DNA of 64,000 nt from an uncultured virus (IMG/VR IMGVR_UViG_3300032291_003671) (Duplodnaviria; Heunggongvirae; Uroviricota; Caudoviricetes): IMG/VR virus record IMGVR_UViG_3300032291_003671; one strand, given 5' to 3'. Made by a program: the position numbers and the translations under genes. The notes under the pieces were generated by a model. It was not told where the DNA came from. It saw only the letters and a program-made list of their open reading frames with translations, and did not search any database. Shown here in pieces: positions 1-9,445 of this stretch. The stretch's first letter is position 1; each line of letters opens with the position of its first letter.

Positions 1-1635
1 ATAGAATGTATCACCAGGGAAAAATGCTCCTGGTCCTAAATCAGCGACAATAACATTTGAACTACTACATCCTGAGATGGTGTAAGTGGTAATCGTACTT
101 AAATCAGTTGAAGTTGGTGTTTGTGTTAATGTTGGTGTAACTGATGGTGTTTGAGTATTTGTTACACTTGGCGTAGGTGTAATTGTATTAGTTGGTGTAG
201 GTGTTTGAGTTGGTGTTACCGATGGATTATTAACAGCACTGATATAAACAGGTAATCCAGCTGTCCAATTTGTTGTTGCTGATTGTATCAGAACAGTAGT
301 ACCTGTGAATCCTGTAATTGGTGGAACACTAATTCCTGTACCAAACACAAATCCATCACCTGCAACACCTGGAGGTGTTCCTGTATTAGCTGACCAATAT
401 TTAAATGCATTCGTATCACCAGAGTAAATTGCTGTACTTCCTGTTTGACTCATTGTAATAGTAATACTTTGTCCTGTAAATTGTGAGAAGTAACTTGTTC
501 TATCTATTCCGTCGGAATCAATAGAATTGAAGTAGATTGCTCTACCAATACTTGTCATTTCGTTAGGGTTTGTTGCCCCTGAAGTAGAACCTGCTATTTC
601 TGTCATTATCGTATTACCTGTTGTTGGGAAATTGTATGGTAATACTACTAAATTAAATGAATATCCTGTTACTGGTTCAGGTGTAACACTTGGTGTTGGA
701 GTTAATGTTGGTGTATTAGTTGGTGTACTTGTAGTTGTTGGTGTCGGTGTTAATACTTCAGTTTCAGTTGGAGTATTAGTCGGTGTTTCTGTATTGGTTG
801 GAGTTGGTGTTTCTGTATTGGTTGGAGTGGTTGTAGGTTCTGGTGTAGGTGTTTCTGTATTTGTAGGTGTAGTTGTTGGTTCTGGTGTAGGAGTTTCAGT
901 AGGAGTAGCTGTAGGTTCTGGCGTAGGCGTTTCAGTAGGAGTATTTGTAGGCGTTTCAGTTGATGTTGGAGTTTGTGTCTCGGTTGCAGTAGGTGTCACT
1001 CCTAAAGTGGCAGTTGTACTTGGAGTAGGCGTATTAGTTTGAGTTTCTGTAGGAGTTTCAGTTGCTGTAGGAGTTTCTGTATTAGTTGGAGTAGTTGTAG
1101 GTTCTGGCGTAGGAGTTTCTGTTGGAGTAGTTGTAGGCTCTGGTGTAGGCGTTTCAGTTGGAGTAGCTGTAGGTTCTGGTGTAGGAGTTTGTGTATTTGT
1201 AGGAGTATTAGTTGGTGTAGGAGTATTAGTTGGAGTTGATGTATTTGTCACGGTTGGTGTTGGTGTTATTCCCAAATTAGTCCATGAAGTCCAATATCCA
1301 TTACTTAATAACCAATCGGCAGCTTGGTCTCCTGATGTAAAGTTTTGACCCGAAACAACATTCGCAATTTCAATATATGATGATTCAGTATACAATTCTG
1401 ACCTATAAAAACCAACTGATGCAAATACACCTGGAATAGGTGTTGGCTGTGAATTATCGGGTACGGTTTGAGCGATTACATATCCCAAATCTTCATCAGG
1501 GCCCTCCCACCAAATTACACCACCGTAATTGTCGGCGTATGGTTCATCTGATACTCCAACGGCTAAATCACCGTATTGGTCAGTTCCTGAGATTAGACTA
1601 CCAGGGTTATATGCGAATGGTCTTGACGTTGACAT
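1..1635 (-). CDS. Large Thr/Pro/Glu-repeat protein, probably virion-surface or fibre-like; runs off the window edge
   Basis: Absent from the ORF track. ATG at 1635 gives [27 protein letters not shown]..., then a long [13 protein letters not shown] low-complexity tract (~670-1270) and a second T/P tract near 110-220. TATTTAT motif at 1649-1655. Confidence 0.85.
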   Translation of the reverse strand, partial: MSTSRPFAYNPGSLISGTDQYGDLAVGVSDEPYADNYGGVIWWEGPDEDLGYVIAQTVPDNSQPTPIPGVFASVGFYRSELYTESSYIEIANVVSGQNFTSGDQAADWLLSNGYWTSWTNLGITPTPTVTNTSTPTNTPTPTNTPTNTQTPTPEPTATPTETPTPEPTTTPTETPTPEPTTTPTNTETPTATETPTETQTNTPTPSTTATLGVTPTATETQTPTSTETPTNTPTETPTPEPTATPTETPTPEPTTTPTNTETPTPEPTTTPTNTETPTPTNTETPTNTPTETEVLTPTPTTTSTPTNTPTLTPTPSVTPEPVTGYSFNLVVLPYNFPTTGNTIMTEIAGSTSGATNPNEMTSIGRAIYFNSIDSDGIDRTSYFSQFTGQSITITMSQTGSTAIYSGDTNAFKYWSANTGTPPGVAGDGFVFGTGISVPPITGFTGTTVLIQSATTNWTAGLPVYISAVNNPSVTPTQTPTPTNTITPTPSVTNTQTPSVTPTLTQTPTSTDLSTITTYTISGCSSSNVIVADLGPGAFFPGDTFY

Positions 1636-1718
1636 TTGTATTTTATCAATAAATACTTTAATGTCATAAAAAAAAAGGAATATGTTTTTTTTACATATTC
1701 CTTTTTTACAATTGTTTG

Positions 1719-1793
1719 TGGTTGGGAGCGGAATCGAACCACTGGCACGCTGCATTTCCATACAACTGCTCTACCTGCTGAGCTACCTCAACC
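1719..1793 (-). tRNA. tRNA-like gene with a Phe-like body, 8-nt anticodon loop and bulged acceptor stem
   Basis: Reverse complement folds as GGTTGAGG-TA-GCTC-AGCAGGTA-GAGC-A-GTTGT-ATGGAAAT-GCAGC-GTGCC-AGTGG-TTCGATT-CCGCT-CCCAACC-A, with canonical D and T arms. Confidence 0.75.
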
Positions 1794-1880
1794 ATATATT
1801 AAATGTAAAAAAAGTTTGACTCCGAGTATCTTTCATCACCTATAGGTTCCGAACTCTTTTACAAATTTACTCAAAACTTT

Positions 1881-2135
1881 TTACATCGACAACATCCAAC
1901 CCATTCTATTTTGTTCCTGATATTCAGTGTACGTACATCTACGCATTGACTTGTAATCAGGCCTCAACTTTTTACGGTTTGGATATTTCTCATCATGAGC
2001 TTTTTGTTCTTTCATCACACGAGCATAAGCTTCTCTTTTATTTGGTGCCCATACATCATTAAAACCACCGCCAATCCAATTGAACAAGTAATTGTAGTCA
2101 CCGTTAACGCTTCTCCATAATTTTTCTTTTGTCAT
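1881..2135 (-). CDS. Hypothetical protein
   Basis: 84-aa ORF with TATCTTTG promoter motif at 2158-2165. Confidence 0.75.
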   Translation of the reverse strand: MTKEKLWRSVNGDYNYLFNWIGGGFNDVWAPNKREAYARVMKEQKAHDEKYPNRKKLRPDYKSMRRCTYTEYQEQNRMGWMLSM

Positions 2136-2157
2136 ATCTGTCGTTGTTTTTGTTTTA

Positions 2158-2165
2158 CAAAGATA
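2158..2165 (-). promoter_or_regulatory. Bacteroidota-type -7 promoter element TAnnTTTG (representative copy)
   Basis: Same motif upstream of genes at 4071(+), 13449, 17291, 17685, 26375, 27627, 29906, 30428, 33169(+), 36215, 41590, 49316, 49856, 53525, 54709, 54929, 55293. Confidence 0.75.
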
Positions 2166-2226
2166 GTGAATGACTATGAGACTGCAAAATAGTTTTTTTA
2201 TCTATTTATGAATAAAATTTAAAAAT

Positions 2227-2355
2227 ATGGCAAAAGCTAAAAGTAGTACGGAATCTAAGAAAATTTCTTTTGGTAAGAAAAAAAAAGGTGTTGCTAAAAA
2301 ATCATACGGACCTAAAGCTGAGAAACCTAAGAAGTACAGAGGACAAGGAAAATAG
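2227..2355 (+). CDS. Small Lys-rich peptide ending in YRGQGK (42 aa)
   Basis: Manually translated: MAKAKSSTESKKISFGKKKKGVAKKSYGPKAEKPKKYRGQGK. TATTTAT upstream; similar to 36041-36181. Confidence 0.8.
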   Translation: MAKAKSSTESKKISFGKKKKGVAKKSYGPKAEKPKKYRGQGK

Positions 2356-2391
2356 TCTGTAAGTTTTTATTACAATTACTATATTTTTATC

Positions 2392-2679
2392 ATGCTAGAT
2401 AAGAAACAGAGACTTTATCGCCTATTAGAAACCTATATAAACGAATTTAGGGGGGATGCCGTTCAAGAAATGTATGGTAAAGGGACTAAAGTCAAAATCC
2501 ACAATATCAATTATGGTATATCAACTAAATCAATTCTAATTGAATCCATAGTTATTTTGGGAGACACAATTAACGAATCAATCATGGACAAAAGTCTTGT
2601 GGATATTATAATTCAAGACGCAATGGTCTATTTCTACCCTGAATTTTCTTTAAGAAGTTATGTAAGATTTGATGTATAA
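2392..2679 (+). CDS. Hypothetical protein
   Basis: 95-aa ORF followed by a terminator hairpin. Confidence 0.75.
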   Translation: MLDKKQRLYRLLETYINEFRGDAVQEMYGKGTKVKIHNINYGISTKSILIESIVILGDTINESIMDKSLVDIIIQDAMVYFYPEFSLRSYVRFDV

Positions 2680-2703
2680 AAAAACCATCCGAAGATGGTT
2701 TTT
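2678..2703. terminator. Bidirectional intrinsic terminator
   Basis: AAAAAACCATC-CGAA-GATGGTTTTT between convergent genes. Confidence 0.8.
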
Positions 2704-2715
2704 AGTTATTTTGAA

Positions 2716-4041
2716 TTAAGAGAATGGATTCTGTTTTTTTAACCAAGCAACTCCAGAATCTATTTGGTTGCCCGACCATATAACTGATAAGTTCCCGCCA
2801 CCCAATTTATTTACAGGATAAGCATATACTCCTTGGTGTACATTATGTACTATATATGGTTCACCACTATTGTCAATATATCCAATAAAACCTAAGTGTG
2901 TATTAGGCACAAATGATTTACCACTTGATAGAGTATTTCCAGGATAAAATTTAACATTTTTACCTAAATCTTTATCATTCCAAACGGTTGAAGAACAGTC
3001 TTTTGGATTTTTACAAAAATATGGTTTTCCAGTAACATTAAAAAAATTACCTTTATTATCACGAGATTTTCCAATCGCAGATTGAAAAAAGGCCAAATCA
3101 TAGTTATTTGAATTTGGATAAAATAACCCAACAACAGTACCAAGTGATAAATTTTGAAATTCAGATTGGTTAGGTACTAATTGTTGTACAATTTTTTTTG
3201 CTTCTCCGTCAAAAGAACTATCATCGTCTAATGATGGTATTGTACCTTGTTTATTCATTCTACTGAATAAATCGGCCATTTGTTTGACTATTGCTGGTGA
3301 TACATTAGCTTCTGCGTTAAATTTTGTGTAAGCTTGCCAAGCATCACCCAAACTAGCATCTAACATGTTGTTAGTAAATTGTGCACATCCTTTTTCTTTA
3401 CATGAAAAAACACGATAACCTTTGTTTTTTTCAAAAGGCCCTTTTTTGTTAACATGGAAACCTCTCTCTTGTAATTTTTTAACTGTCTTACCATCAGTTT
3501 TACTTGTATCTACAGGTTTTCTTGGGTCAACTTTTTTAATTTGAGGTTTTAATTGGTCAATGGCATTACCAATTTTTTTCTTGATAGGTGATACTTTATC
3601 TCCTAATGTGTCAATTTTTTTCTTGATAGGTGCTACTTTATCCCCTAAAAATTTCACACCTTTCATTATTTCAACGTCTAATAATGGAGCAGTTTTACTA
3701 CCTACCCATCCAGTTGCTTTGATATTATTTCTACGTTGAAAATCCTTGATTGCTGCCAAAGTACGTCTTCCATAATTTCCATCTATACCATCACCGTTAG
3801 GTCCAAATTTACCTAAATCATAACCTAATGACTTCAATTTTCTTTGAATTGTCATCATGTTTTGTTTTAAATTTGTTGTTGCTGATTGATTAAAATTAAC
3901 AATTTGATTTTTTACATCTTGTAATCCGTCCGCAAAATCTGACTCATCAGATTCAATCTCACTAATCATTGATTGTTCTTGAAGTACCTTTTTAACAATT
4001 TTTTCTAAATCGGATTCTGTTAATTTTATAACTTTTTTCAT
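2716..4041 (-). CDS. Peptidoglycan-binding domain protein with a putative Cys/His (NlpC/P60- or CHAP-like) hydrolase domain; LTE leader
   Basis: PG_binding_1-like IQRKLKSLGY...DGNYGRRTLAAIKDFQ...GWVG; GCAQF...THLGF...HN pattern; N-terminus MKKVIKLTESDL. Confidence 0.7.
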   Translation of the reverse strand: MKKVIKLTESDLEKIVKKVLQEQSMISEIESDESDFADGLQDVKNQIVNFNQSATTNLKQNMMTIQRKLKSLGYDLGKFGPNGDGIDGNYGRRTLAAIKDFQRRNNIKATGWVGSKTAPLLDVEIMKGVKFLGDKVAPIKKKIDTLGDKVSPIKKKIGNAIDQLKPQIKKVDPRKPVDTSKTDGKTVKKLQERGFHVNKKGPFEKNKGYRVFSCKEKGCAQFTNNMLDASLGDAWQAYTKFNAEANVSPAIVKQMADLFSRMNKQGTIPSLDDDSSFDGEAKKIVQQLVPNQSEFQNLSLGTVVGLFYPNSNNYDLAFFQSAIGKSRDNKGNFFNVTGKPYFCKNPKDCSSTVWNDKDLGKNVKFYPGNTLSSGKSFVPNTHLGFIGYIDNSGEPYIVHNVHQGVYAYPVNKLGGGNLSVIWSGNQIDSGVAWLKKQNPFS

Positions 4042-4059
4042 ATTTTTTACTTATTATTA

Positions 4060-4066
4060 ATAAATA
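4060..4066 (-). promoter_or_regulatory. Putative phage late-promoter motif TATTTAT (representative copy)
   Basis: Found ~4-25 nt upstream of starts at 1649, 4060, 6055, 7097, 7797(+), 10554, 12750, 13152, 16079, 18597, 21408, 23997, 24593, 28152, 29444, 30870, 31473, 32933, 44058, 58645, 63635. Confidence 0.6.
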
Positions 4067-4105
4067 TCCATATCTTTGTGAATAATAAATAACTAACTTG
4101 TAATC

Positions 4106-4789
4106 ATGGGAAACAAAATTTTAATTTGCTTAGGTTTAGGGCTATCAACATTGTTTATGTCAATTTTCAATTTGGTCGATTTATATCCTTCATCAAAATC
4201 CGATTTTAAAATATCAGGTATTGATATTTCCCATCATAACAGAATTTATGACTGGGATAAAGTGAGTGAAAAAAATAAGTTTTGTATAATGAAGGCAACT
4301 GAAGGCTCATCATTTAAAGACCCTAAGTTTAAAAATTATTGGCAAAATTCAAAAAAACATGGTATGACTCGTGGAGCTTACCACTTTTTTAAACCAGGAG
4401 TTTCTGCTGCTAAACAATTTGCAAATTTTAAAAACCGAGTTACGTTAGTATCTGGTGATTTACCTCCAATTTTAGATGTGGAATTAAAAAATTCTAATAT
4501 AAATGAAGTAAATAAATGGCTCAAATTAGCGGAAAACTATTACGGTGTTAAACCTATTGTTTATAGTGATTTTGTGTTTTTTAAAATTTACATGGAAGAA
4601 AAATTGGACGACTATCCTTTATGGTTACACGTTAACTATAGATTAAAAGTTAAACCTTCATTTAATAATTTTGATTGTGTTTTTTGGCAATACAACCAAA
4701 AAGGTAGAATAGATGGAGTTAGTGGAGAAATTGATTTGAATAATTTTTTAGGTAGTTCTAAAAATTTCAACAATCTTTTAATAAAATAA
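4106..4789 (+). CDS. GH25 lysozyme (muramidase) with N-terminal hydrophobic anchor
   Basis: GIDISHHN, KATEG, GAYHFF, LPPILDVE, FWQY, IDLN motifs. Confidence 0.92.
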   Translation: MGNKILICLGLGLSTLFMSIFNLVDLYPSSKSDFKISGIDISHHNRIYDWDKVSEKNKFCIMKATEGSSFKDPKFKNYWQNSKKHGMTRGAYHFFKPGVSAAKQFANFKNRVTLVSGDLPPILDVELKNSNINEVNKWLKLAENYYGVKPIVYSDFVFFKIYMEEKLDDYPLWLHVNYRLKVKPSFNNFDCVFWQYNQKGRIDGVSGEIDLNNFLGSSKNFNNLLIK

Positions 4790-4811
4790 CCATTTAAGTC
4801 AACTTAGATGG

Positions 4812-5759
4812 TTATGTAGAAGATACTGATTTAGGTAATATTGAAGATAGTGATTTGGGTATTAAGTCTGTTAATGAAGGTTCAGTTACTATTGATTGTG
4901 GGATTAGTGCAGGTATTGGTGCCAAAATATTATAGCAAGTTGCAAATTGAGGAATATAATCGTGAACATTACTAATATTTGGAAAGTAATTAGGAATTTT
5001 CTTTGATGGATTAGTTACTGCAATACTTTTAGGATTATCACTATACACTTGTCTTTGTTTTACTGAACAAATATTGGCAACCCCTTTCATATTTGTCTCA
5101 CACCATTGGTTAATAATTCCTTCTCCAGCATTATGAGCCGCAATTGCGATATGAAAAGCAGCATCTTCGGTAAATGCGGGAATTTGTTTTAATTTACCAT
5201 TTTCAAAAATAGTAATTGTATTTCCTTTATAATATTGTTTTGCTTTTTGATAATTGGTTGAAAACATTTTATATACCGCATCTAATGAGCCCTCAAAACT
5301 ATAGAGTGATTCCATGTTAATTCCGTATTTTTTAGCGGTATCAGGTTGGATTTGAGCGTATCCCTGAGAGTGATTACCGCCAAAAAGATTTAAAATTGCG
5401 CCTCCAATTTCTTTAGGTAACACATGTGATGCCATTGTACCTTTACTTTCTCTAAAAATAAATGTGATTATCGCTTTTAATACTTTTTCATCAATACCAC
5501 GATGTTTCATTGCCCAATTAACAATTGCAGCTCCAAAGTGTTTGATTTCATACTTATTATTAAGTATAGCCTTTTTGTAATTATCTGCCCAAGAACTATC
5601 TCTGGCTTTAAATAAAATTGAACACAACTCTTCAAACTTAGCGTTGGTTTTAGTATTGACAGCCTTTGTTGGCTGAGCGACTGGTTTTGTTTGTTCTTGT
5701 ATAACTTTTTTTACAAGGTCAATTAATTCAGATTCAGTAAGTCTAATAATTTTACTCAT
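4812..5759 (-). CDS. Putative lytic transglycosylase (SLT/lysozyme-like fold); LTE leader
   Basis: FRES...GYAQIQP...AAHNAG resembles SLT motifs I-III; N-terminus MSKIIRLTESEL. Confidence 0.6.
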   Translation of the reverse strand: MSKIIRLTESELIDLVKKVIQEQTKPVAQPTKAVNTKTNAKFEELCSILFKARDSSWADNYKKAILNNKYEIKHFGAAIVNWAMKHRGIDEKVLKAIITFIFRESKGTMASHVLPKEIGGAILNLFGGNHSQGYAQIQPDTAKKYGINMESLYSFEGSLDAVYKMFSTNYQKAKQYYKGNTITIFENGKLKQIPAFTEDAAFHIAIAAHNAGEGIINQWCETNMKGVANICSVKQRQVYSDNPKSIAVTNPSKKIPNYFPNISNVHDYIPQFATCYNILAPIPALIPQSIVTEPSLTDLIPKSLSSILPKSVSST

Positions 5760-6037
5760 TATTTTACGTTTCCATTTTGTAAGTAATCTACTTTAACGGA
5801 TAAAGCGGACACTTGTTCAGTTAATTTTAAGATAGTTTGTCTCATCTCATCTTTTTCTTTAGACGCCGCTTGTAATAGAGCCTCTAACTTGGTGATTCTT
5901 TCTTTACAGTCATGACGAATAAATTCTTCATCTTTTTCTTTTCTATCGGCTCTTTTTTCGTAAAATCTCCAAGCCCCTGTACCTCCTAAAACTGTGATTG
6001 CGGTTACTAATGCCGTCCAAACTGATTCCTGACCCAT
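5759..6037 (-). CDS. Small membrane protein with coiled coil (holin-like?)
   Basis: One N-terminal hydrophobic helix plus a coiled-coil tail, adjacent to lysin genes. Confidence 0.5.
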   Translation of the reverse strand: MGQESVWTALVTAITVLGGTGAWRFYEKRADRKEKDEEFIRHDCKERITKLEALLQAASKEKDEMRQTILKLTEQVSALSVKVDYLQNGNVK

Positions 6038-6185
6038 ATTGTTTTGTTATTCTAATAAATACTATTTTTTTTTAAAAAGTGTCGTTTGCTCAAGAGGGCA
6101 ATAATTATTATTCTTTAGAATAATAATATAATATTAAAAAAATATTAAATAAATAAAAAATACTAGTCTAGTTCTAGTACTAGTT

Positions 6186-6446
6186 CTAGAGAATTTGAAC
6201 ATTACATTCAAAACCAAATAAGCTTTCTAAATGTTCACCGATTTTATTAGTCTGTTTAGAAAATCTCAAATAATTCCCAACATATTTGCAAGTAATAAAA
6301 ATTGCGATTGAATCGTCAACCCATGATTCATTTTCATCAAGTTTGTAAGTTGGTACTTCATTATATTCGGTTATAGTATAATATCCACTAAAAGATAAGT
6401 CCAAAGCTTCTTGATATAATTTGCGTAATCGGTCTTTCTTTTCCAT
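6186..6446 (-). CDS. Hypothetical protein
   Basis: 86-aa ORF. Confidence 0.6.
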   Translation of the reverse strand: MEKKDRLRKLYQEALDLSFSGYYTITEYNEVPTYKLDENESWVDDSIAIFITCKYVGNYLRFSKQTNKIGEHLESLFGFECNVQIL

Positions 6447-6591
6447 TTAAGGGACGAAGTATAAATTTATGGGTCAGTAATCATCCAAACAATTTTAGTC
6501 CAAATTTGGTGGGTTCCTGTTGTTTTGTGGACAAAAAAAAATGTCCTACGAATAGGACATTAATATAAAACAAATAAATTATAAATCAAAA

Positions 6592-7092
6592 TTATTGACC
6601 CTTAATCATGTTCATCCCATGTTTTAAAAATTCTTTTGCTCTTGCTGAAACATTCGATAATGCATAAACTTTTTCAATATCTCTAACTAATTCTTCTCCG
6701 TGTTCGTTTTCTTTGTAAAGTTCTATAATTTTGTCCATAGCGTTATTACATTCTTTTTTTGTTTCGTCAAAGTAATTGTAAGGTTTGTATGATTTAAGAT
6801 GATTCATAACGTCAAACGCTAAATGCTCACCACCATCATCAATTTTTGGATGTAATCTTAGAGTTTTTAATAACTCCATTCTATCTACCAAAGCATTAAC
6901 GCCATTTTTTCTTAATTGAACTCCGTCAATATAATCATCAGCATCATCTTCTCCGACAATCTCCTCAAGAGATTTAACGTTTCCACCATGACAGAATTTT
7001 CTGTCATCTTTCTCAGACTCTGATTGTTCTATTAGATAAAGTTTTTGGATTTGTTCTTTATCTGATTCTGTAAGTTGAAATCTTTTTCCCAT
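6592..7092 (-). CDS. Hypothetical protein with LTE leader
   Basis: MGKRFQLTESDKEQI; TATTTAT at 7097. Confidence 0.8.
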   Translation of the reverse strand: MGKRFQLTESDKEQIQKLYLIEQSESEKDDRKFCHGGNVKSLEEIVGEDDADDYIDGVQLRKNGVNALVDRMELLKTLRLHPKIDDGGEHLAFDVMNHLKSYKPYNYFDETKKECNNAMDKIIELYKENEHGEELVRDIEKVYALSNVSARAKEFLKHGMNMIKGQ

Positions 7093-7127
7093 AGTAATAA
7101 ATATACGAGTTTTTGTGTTTTTATCGT

Positions 7128-7757
7128 TTAGAGAATATCGTGTATAAAACTGATTTTTTTTTCATCGGTTAATTTTTCTTTTGTGAACGAAAATGGGTCA
7201 TATCCACAGAGGTAAAAATGTTTTTTATAGAAGTGATATATCTTTTTTGCGGATTCTGTAGAATATATCTCATTAAATTCAAATGTTCTTTGTTCTTGAA
7301 GACTAATTTGTGATAAATCTATAAATTCTTCATTAATAAAGCTTATTTTACGGATGTCATCCTCGTAATTTTCTAATCTAACAAATAAATTTGGTATTTT
7401 ATCACTAAAAGTCCATTTTTCCAATTGATTAACACCACTAATGGTGAATTTAGGTAAATTTGCAACAGATACAATCAATTTATTAGGTATAAACGCGGCT
7501 TTAATCCATTCATTAAACATTTTCTTATATGTTGGAGTCAACTCTTTCTTTATAAGTTTGTTATTGAAGTGTTTTTTAAAATATAATGAAAGTATTCTGT
7601 CATAAGGGTTCCTCATATTACAAATTAAGTGATAATCCAAGTAATCATTCCCATTATATGTCTCAAAGTCATATTTTTTTAAAAAATTAGTTGTAACCTC
7701 CTCACCTGTTTGTTGAGGAAACACCCAAATAGTCTTAAAAGTGTGTGAAATAACCAT
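7128..7757 (-). CDS. Sulfotransferase-family protein (Sulfotransfer_2-like)
   Basis: RNPYDRILSLY (3'-PB-like), VRLEN; 5'-PSB motif degenerate (PQQTG). Confidence 0.65.
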   Translation of the reverse strand: MVISHTFKTIWVFPQQTGEEVTTNFLKKYDFETYNGNDYLDYHLICNMRNPYDRILSLYFKKHFNNKLIKKELTPTYKKMFNEWIKAAFIPNKLIVSVANLPKFTISGVNQLEKWTFSDKIPNLFVRLENYEDDIRKISFINEEFIDLSQISLQEQRTFEFNEIYSTESAKKIYHFYKKHFYLCGYDPFSFTKEKLTDEKKISFIHDIL

Positions 7758-7807
7758 ATTATTAAAATACCATTAAAACTAAAAACCTCAATAGTGTATT
7801 TATTATC

Positions 7808-8437
7808 ATGAAGAAACTATTATTTATTTTATCGTTTAGTTTAATGTCATTTATCACACTTTCTCAAGATGTGGTAGTTATTAAACATCAAAATTACACA
7901 ACACATTTTAGTAAATCAAAAAAGTATCCTGTGATGGTTCAATGGGAAACTACAAATGCAATGATAACTTGTCCAACACCATTAAAAAGAAAGGATAACT
8001 TTAAACCAGACCCGCAACTACCAACGGAAACTAATATAGGTACCGATTATGTGAAAAGTGGATATGATAGAGGACACGTAATGCCAGCTGCGGACAACCT
8101 TTGTCAAACACCTGAAATACAAGATGAGTGTTTTTATTTTTCTAATATGATTCCACAAACTCATAGATTGAATGCTGGAGATTGGAAATCATTAGAAACT
8201 GCAACTCGTAATTGGGCCGTCATAAGCTCAAAAGTAAGAGTATGGAGCGGTGCGATTGGTGAGGAAAAGAAAATAGGTTCAATCTCAGTTCCTACCCAAT
8301 GTTGGAAAGTCGTTCAAGTTACTGGAAAATGGTACGCTTATCTTTTCAACAACGATTTATCAAATCCTGATGGATTTGCTAATAACGAAGTCCCTGTTGC
8401 TCAAATAGAAAAACTTACAGGTTTTAAATTTCGTTAA
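7808..8437 (+). CDS. DNA/RNA non-specific endonuclease (NucA/EndoG type) with signal peptide
   Basis: YDRGH active-site motif, SNMIPQ, LN.G.W..LE. Confidence 0.92.
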   Translation: MKKLLFILSFSLMSFITLSQDVVVIKHQNYTTHFSKSKKYPVMVQWETTNAMITCPTPLKRKDNFKPDPQLPTETNIGTDYVKSGYDRGHVMPAADNLCQTPEIQDECFYFSNMIPQTHRLNAGDWKSLETATRNWAVISSKVRVWSGAIGEEKKIGSISVPTQCWKVVQVTGKWYAYLFNNDLSNPDGFANNEVPVAQIEKLTGFKFR

Positions 8438-8654
8438 ACAAAAACTTGTTAATGTTATGAATTGTATGAGTTGACTCATCCTTATCATAACAAAAATCCC
8501 ACAAAGTTTTATTCTTTAAAAAGGGGTGAGGTTGGCCTTTAGCCCATCTTTCCCCTTTTTCATAGTCTTCTTGAGACCATGTTAATTTTTGAGTAGGTTT
8601 ATTTGCAATCATTGAATACATTTTCATTTTTATTTTTTTCCAAATAATAGACAT
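8424..8654 (-). CDS. Hypothetical protein
   Basis: 76-aa ORF. Confidence 0.55.
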   Translation of the reverse strand: MSIIWKKIKMKMYSMIANKPTQKLTWSQEDYEKGERWAKGQPHPFLKNKTLWDFCYDKDESTHTIHNINKFLFNEI

Positions 8655-8788
8655 ATTAGAGTGATTGTTGAAATTAGTAAAGCAATATCCATATTGCTCA
8701 CATTATGTTTATTTAAAAATTTCGTTAATTGTTCTTTCCAATCCATAGTATAAAAAAACCCCCTGTTTTAGTAGGGGGTTAGAAATCA

Positions 8789-8986
8789 TTAAAATAATCT
8801 TTGTGTATCGGCATACAACTTTTTCATTGTACTTTCAATAACATTAATTTTTTTTTGGTCTTCGTATGAAACCTCAAAATTTTTGGCCTTAATTAATCTA
8901 ACTTCTTCTTGAAGTCTCTGATATCTGAAAAGCATATCGTTATACAATTTTGCTTTTTCGTCTGCGGTTAGGTGTTGTGCTCCCAT
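8789..8986 (-). CDS. Hypothetical coiled-coil protein
   Basis: 65-aa ORF followed by a hairpin terminator. Confidence 0.7.
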   Translation of the reverse strand: MGAQHLTADEKAKLYNDMLFRYQRLQEEVRLIKAKNFEVSYEDQKKINVIESTMKKLYADTQRLF

Positions 8987-9076
8987 ATATGTTTTTTTAT
9001 AATTTTAAATAATTTTTACGGATAGTAAATTATGATTATCCTCTATATTTAAAATATATCAATTATACTTATAAAT

Positions 9077-9256
9077 ATGGGAAATTATTACAGAACAAAG
9101 GAAAACAAAAAAATATTTGGGGTTTGTGGAGGACTTGCAGAATATACTGACACAGACCCAATCATTTGGAGATTAATTTTTGCTGGATTGATTTTTACTG
9201 CTTTTCCAATAATAACACTATATCTTGTCGGGGCTTTGGTGACCAGTTATAAGTAA
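9077..9256 (+). CDS. pspC: PspC-domain membrane protein (59 aa)
   Basis: Manually translated: MGNYYRTKENKKIFGVCGGLAEYTDTDPIIWRLIF...; carries the GVCGGLAEY signature. Confidence 0.85.
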   Translation: MGNYYRTKENKKIFGVCGGLAEYTDTDPIIWRLIFAGLIFTAFPIITLYLVGALVTSYK

Positions 9257-9258
9257 CA

Positions 9259-9444
9259 TTACTTATTTCTGTCTTTCCATTCTAACCAAAATCCAGTGGC
9301 AACAATTAAATTCATTCCAAAGGATGCTATTATTTCATAAATGTCCTCATAGATATTCATGGTTAAATGAACATGTCCTACAACCCAAAAAGGAATGGCT
9401 AAATTTGCTCCAACCCATTTGATGGTATACTTAATAAATTCCAT
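9259..9444 (-). CDS. Small membrane protein
   Basis: 61 aa with two hydrophobic segments. Confidence 0.65.
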   Translation of the reverse strand: MEFIKYTIKWVGANLAIPFWVVGHVHLTMNIYEDIYEIIASFGMNLIVATGFWLEWKDRNK

Positions 9445-9445
9445 T

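Noticed and set aside
632..1652. Plus-strand ORFs (Val/Gly-rich 632-1042, Cys/Ser-rich 1039-1239, 1440-1652)
   Set aside because: Antisense shadows of the minus-strand Thr/Pro-repeat gene.
2227..2355. Assignment as a named ribosomal protein (bS21, bTHX, bL34)
   Set aside because: Only the basic composition matches; I could not see the family motifs.
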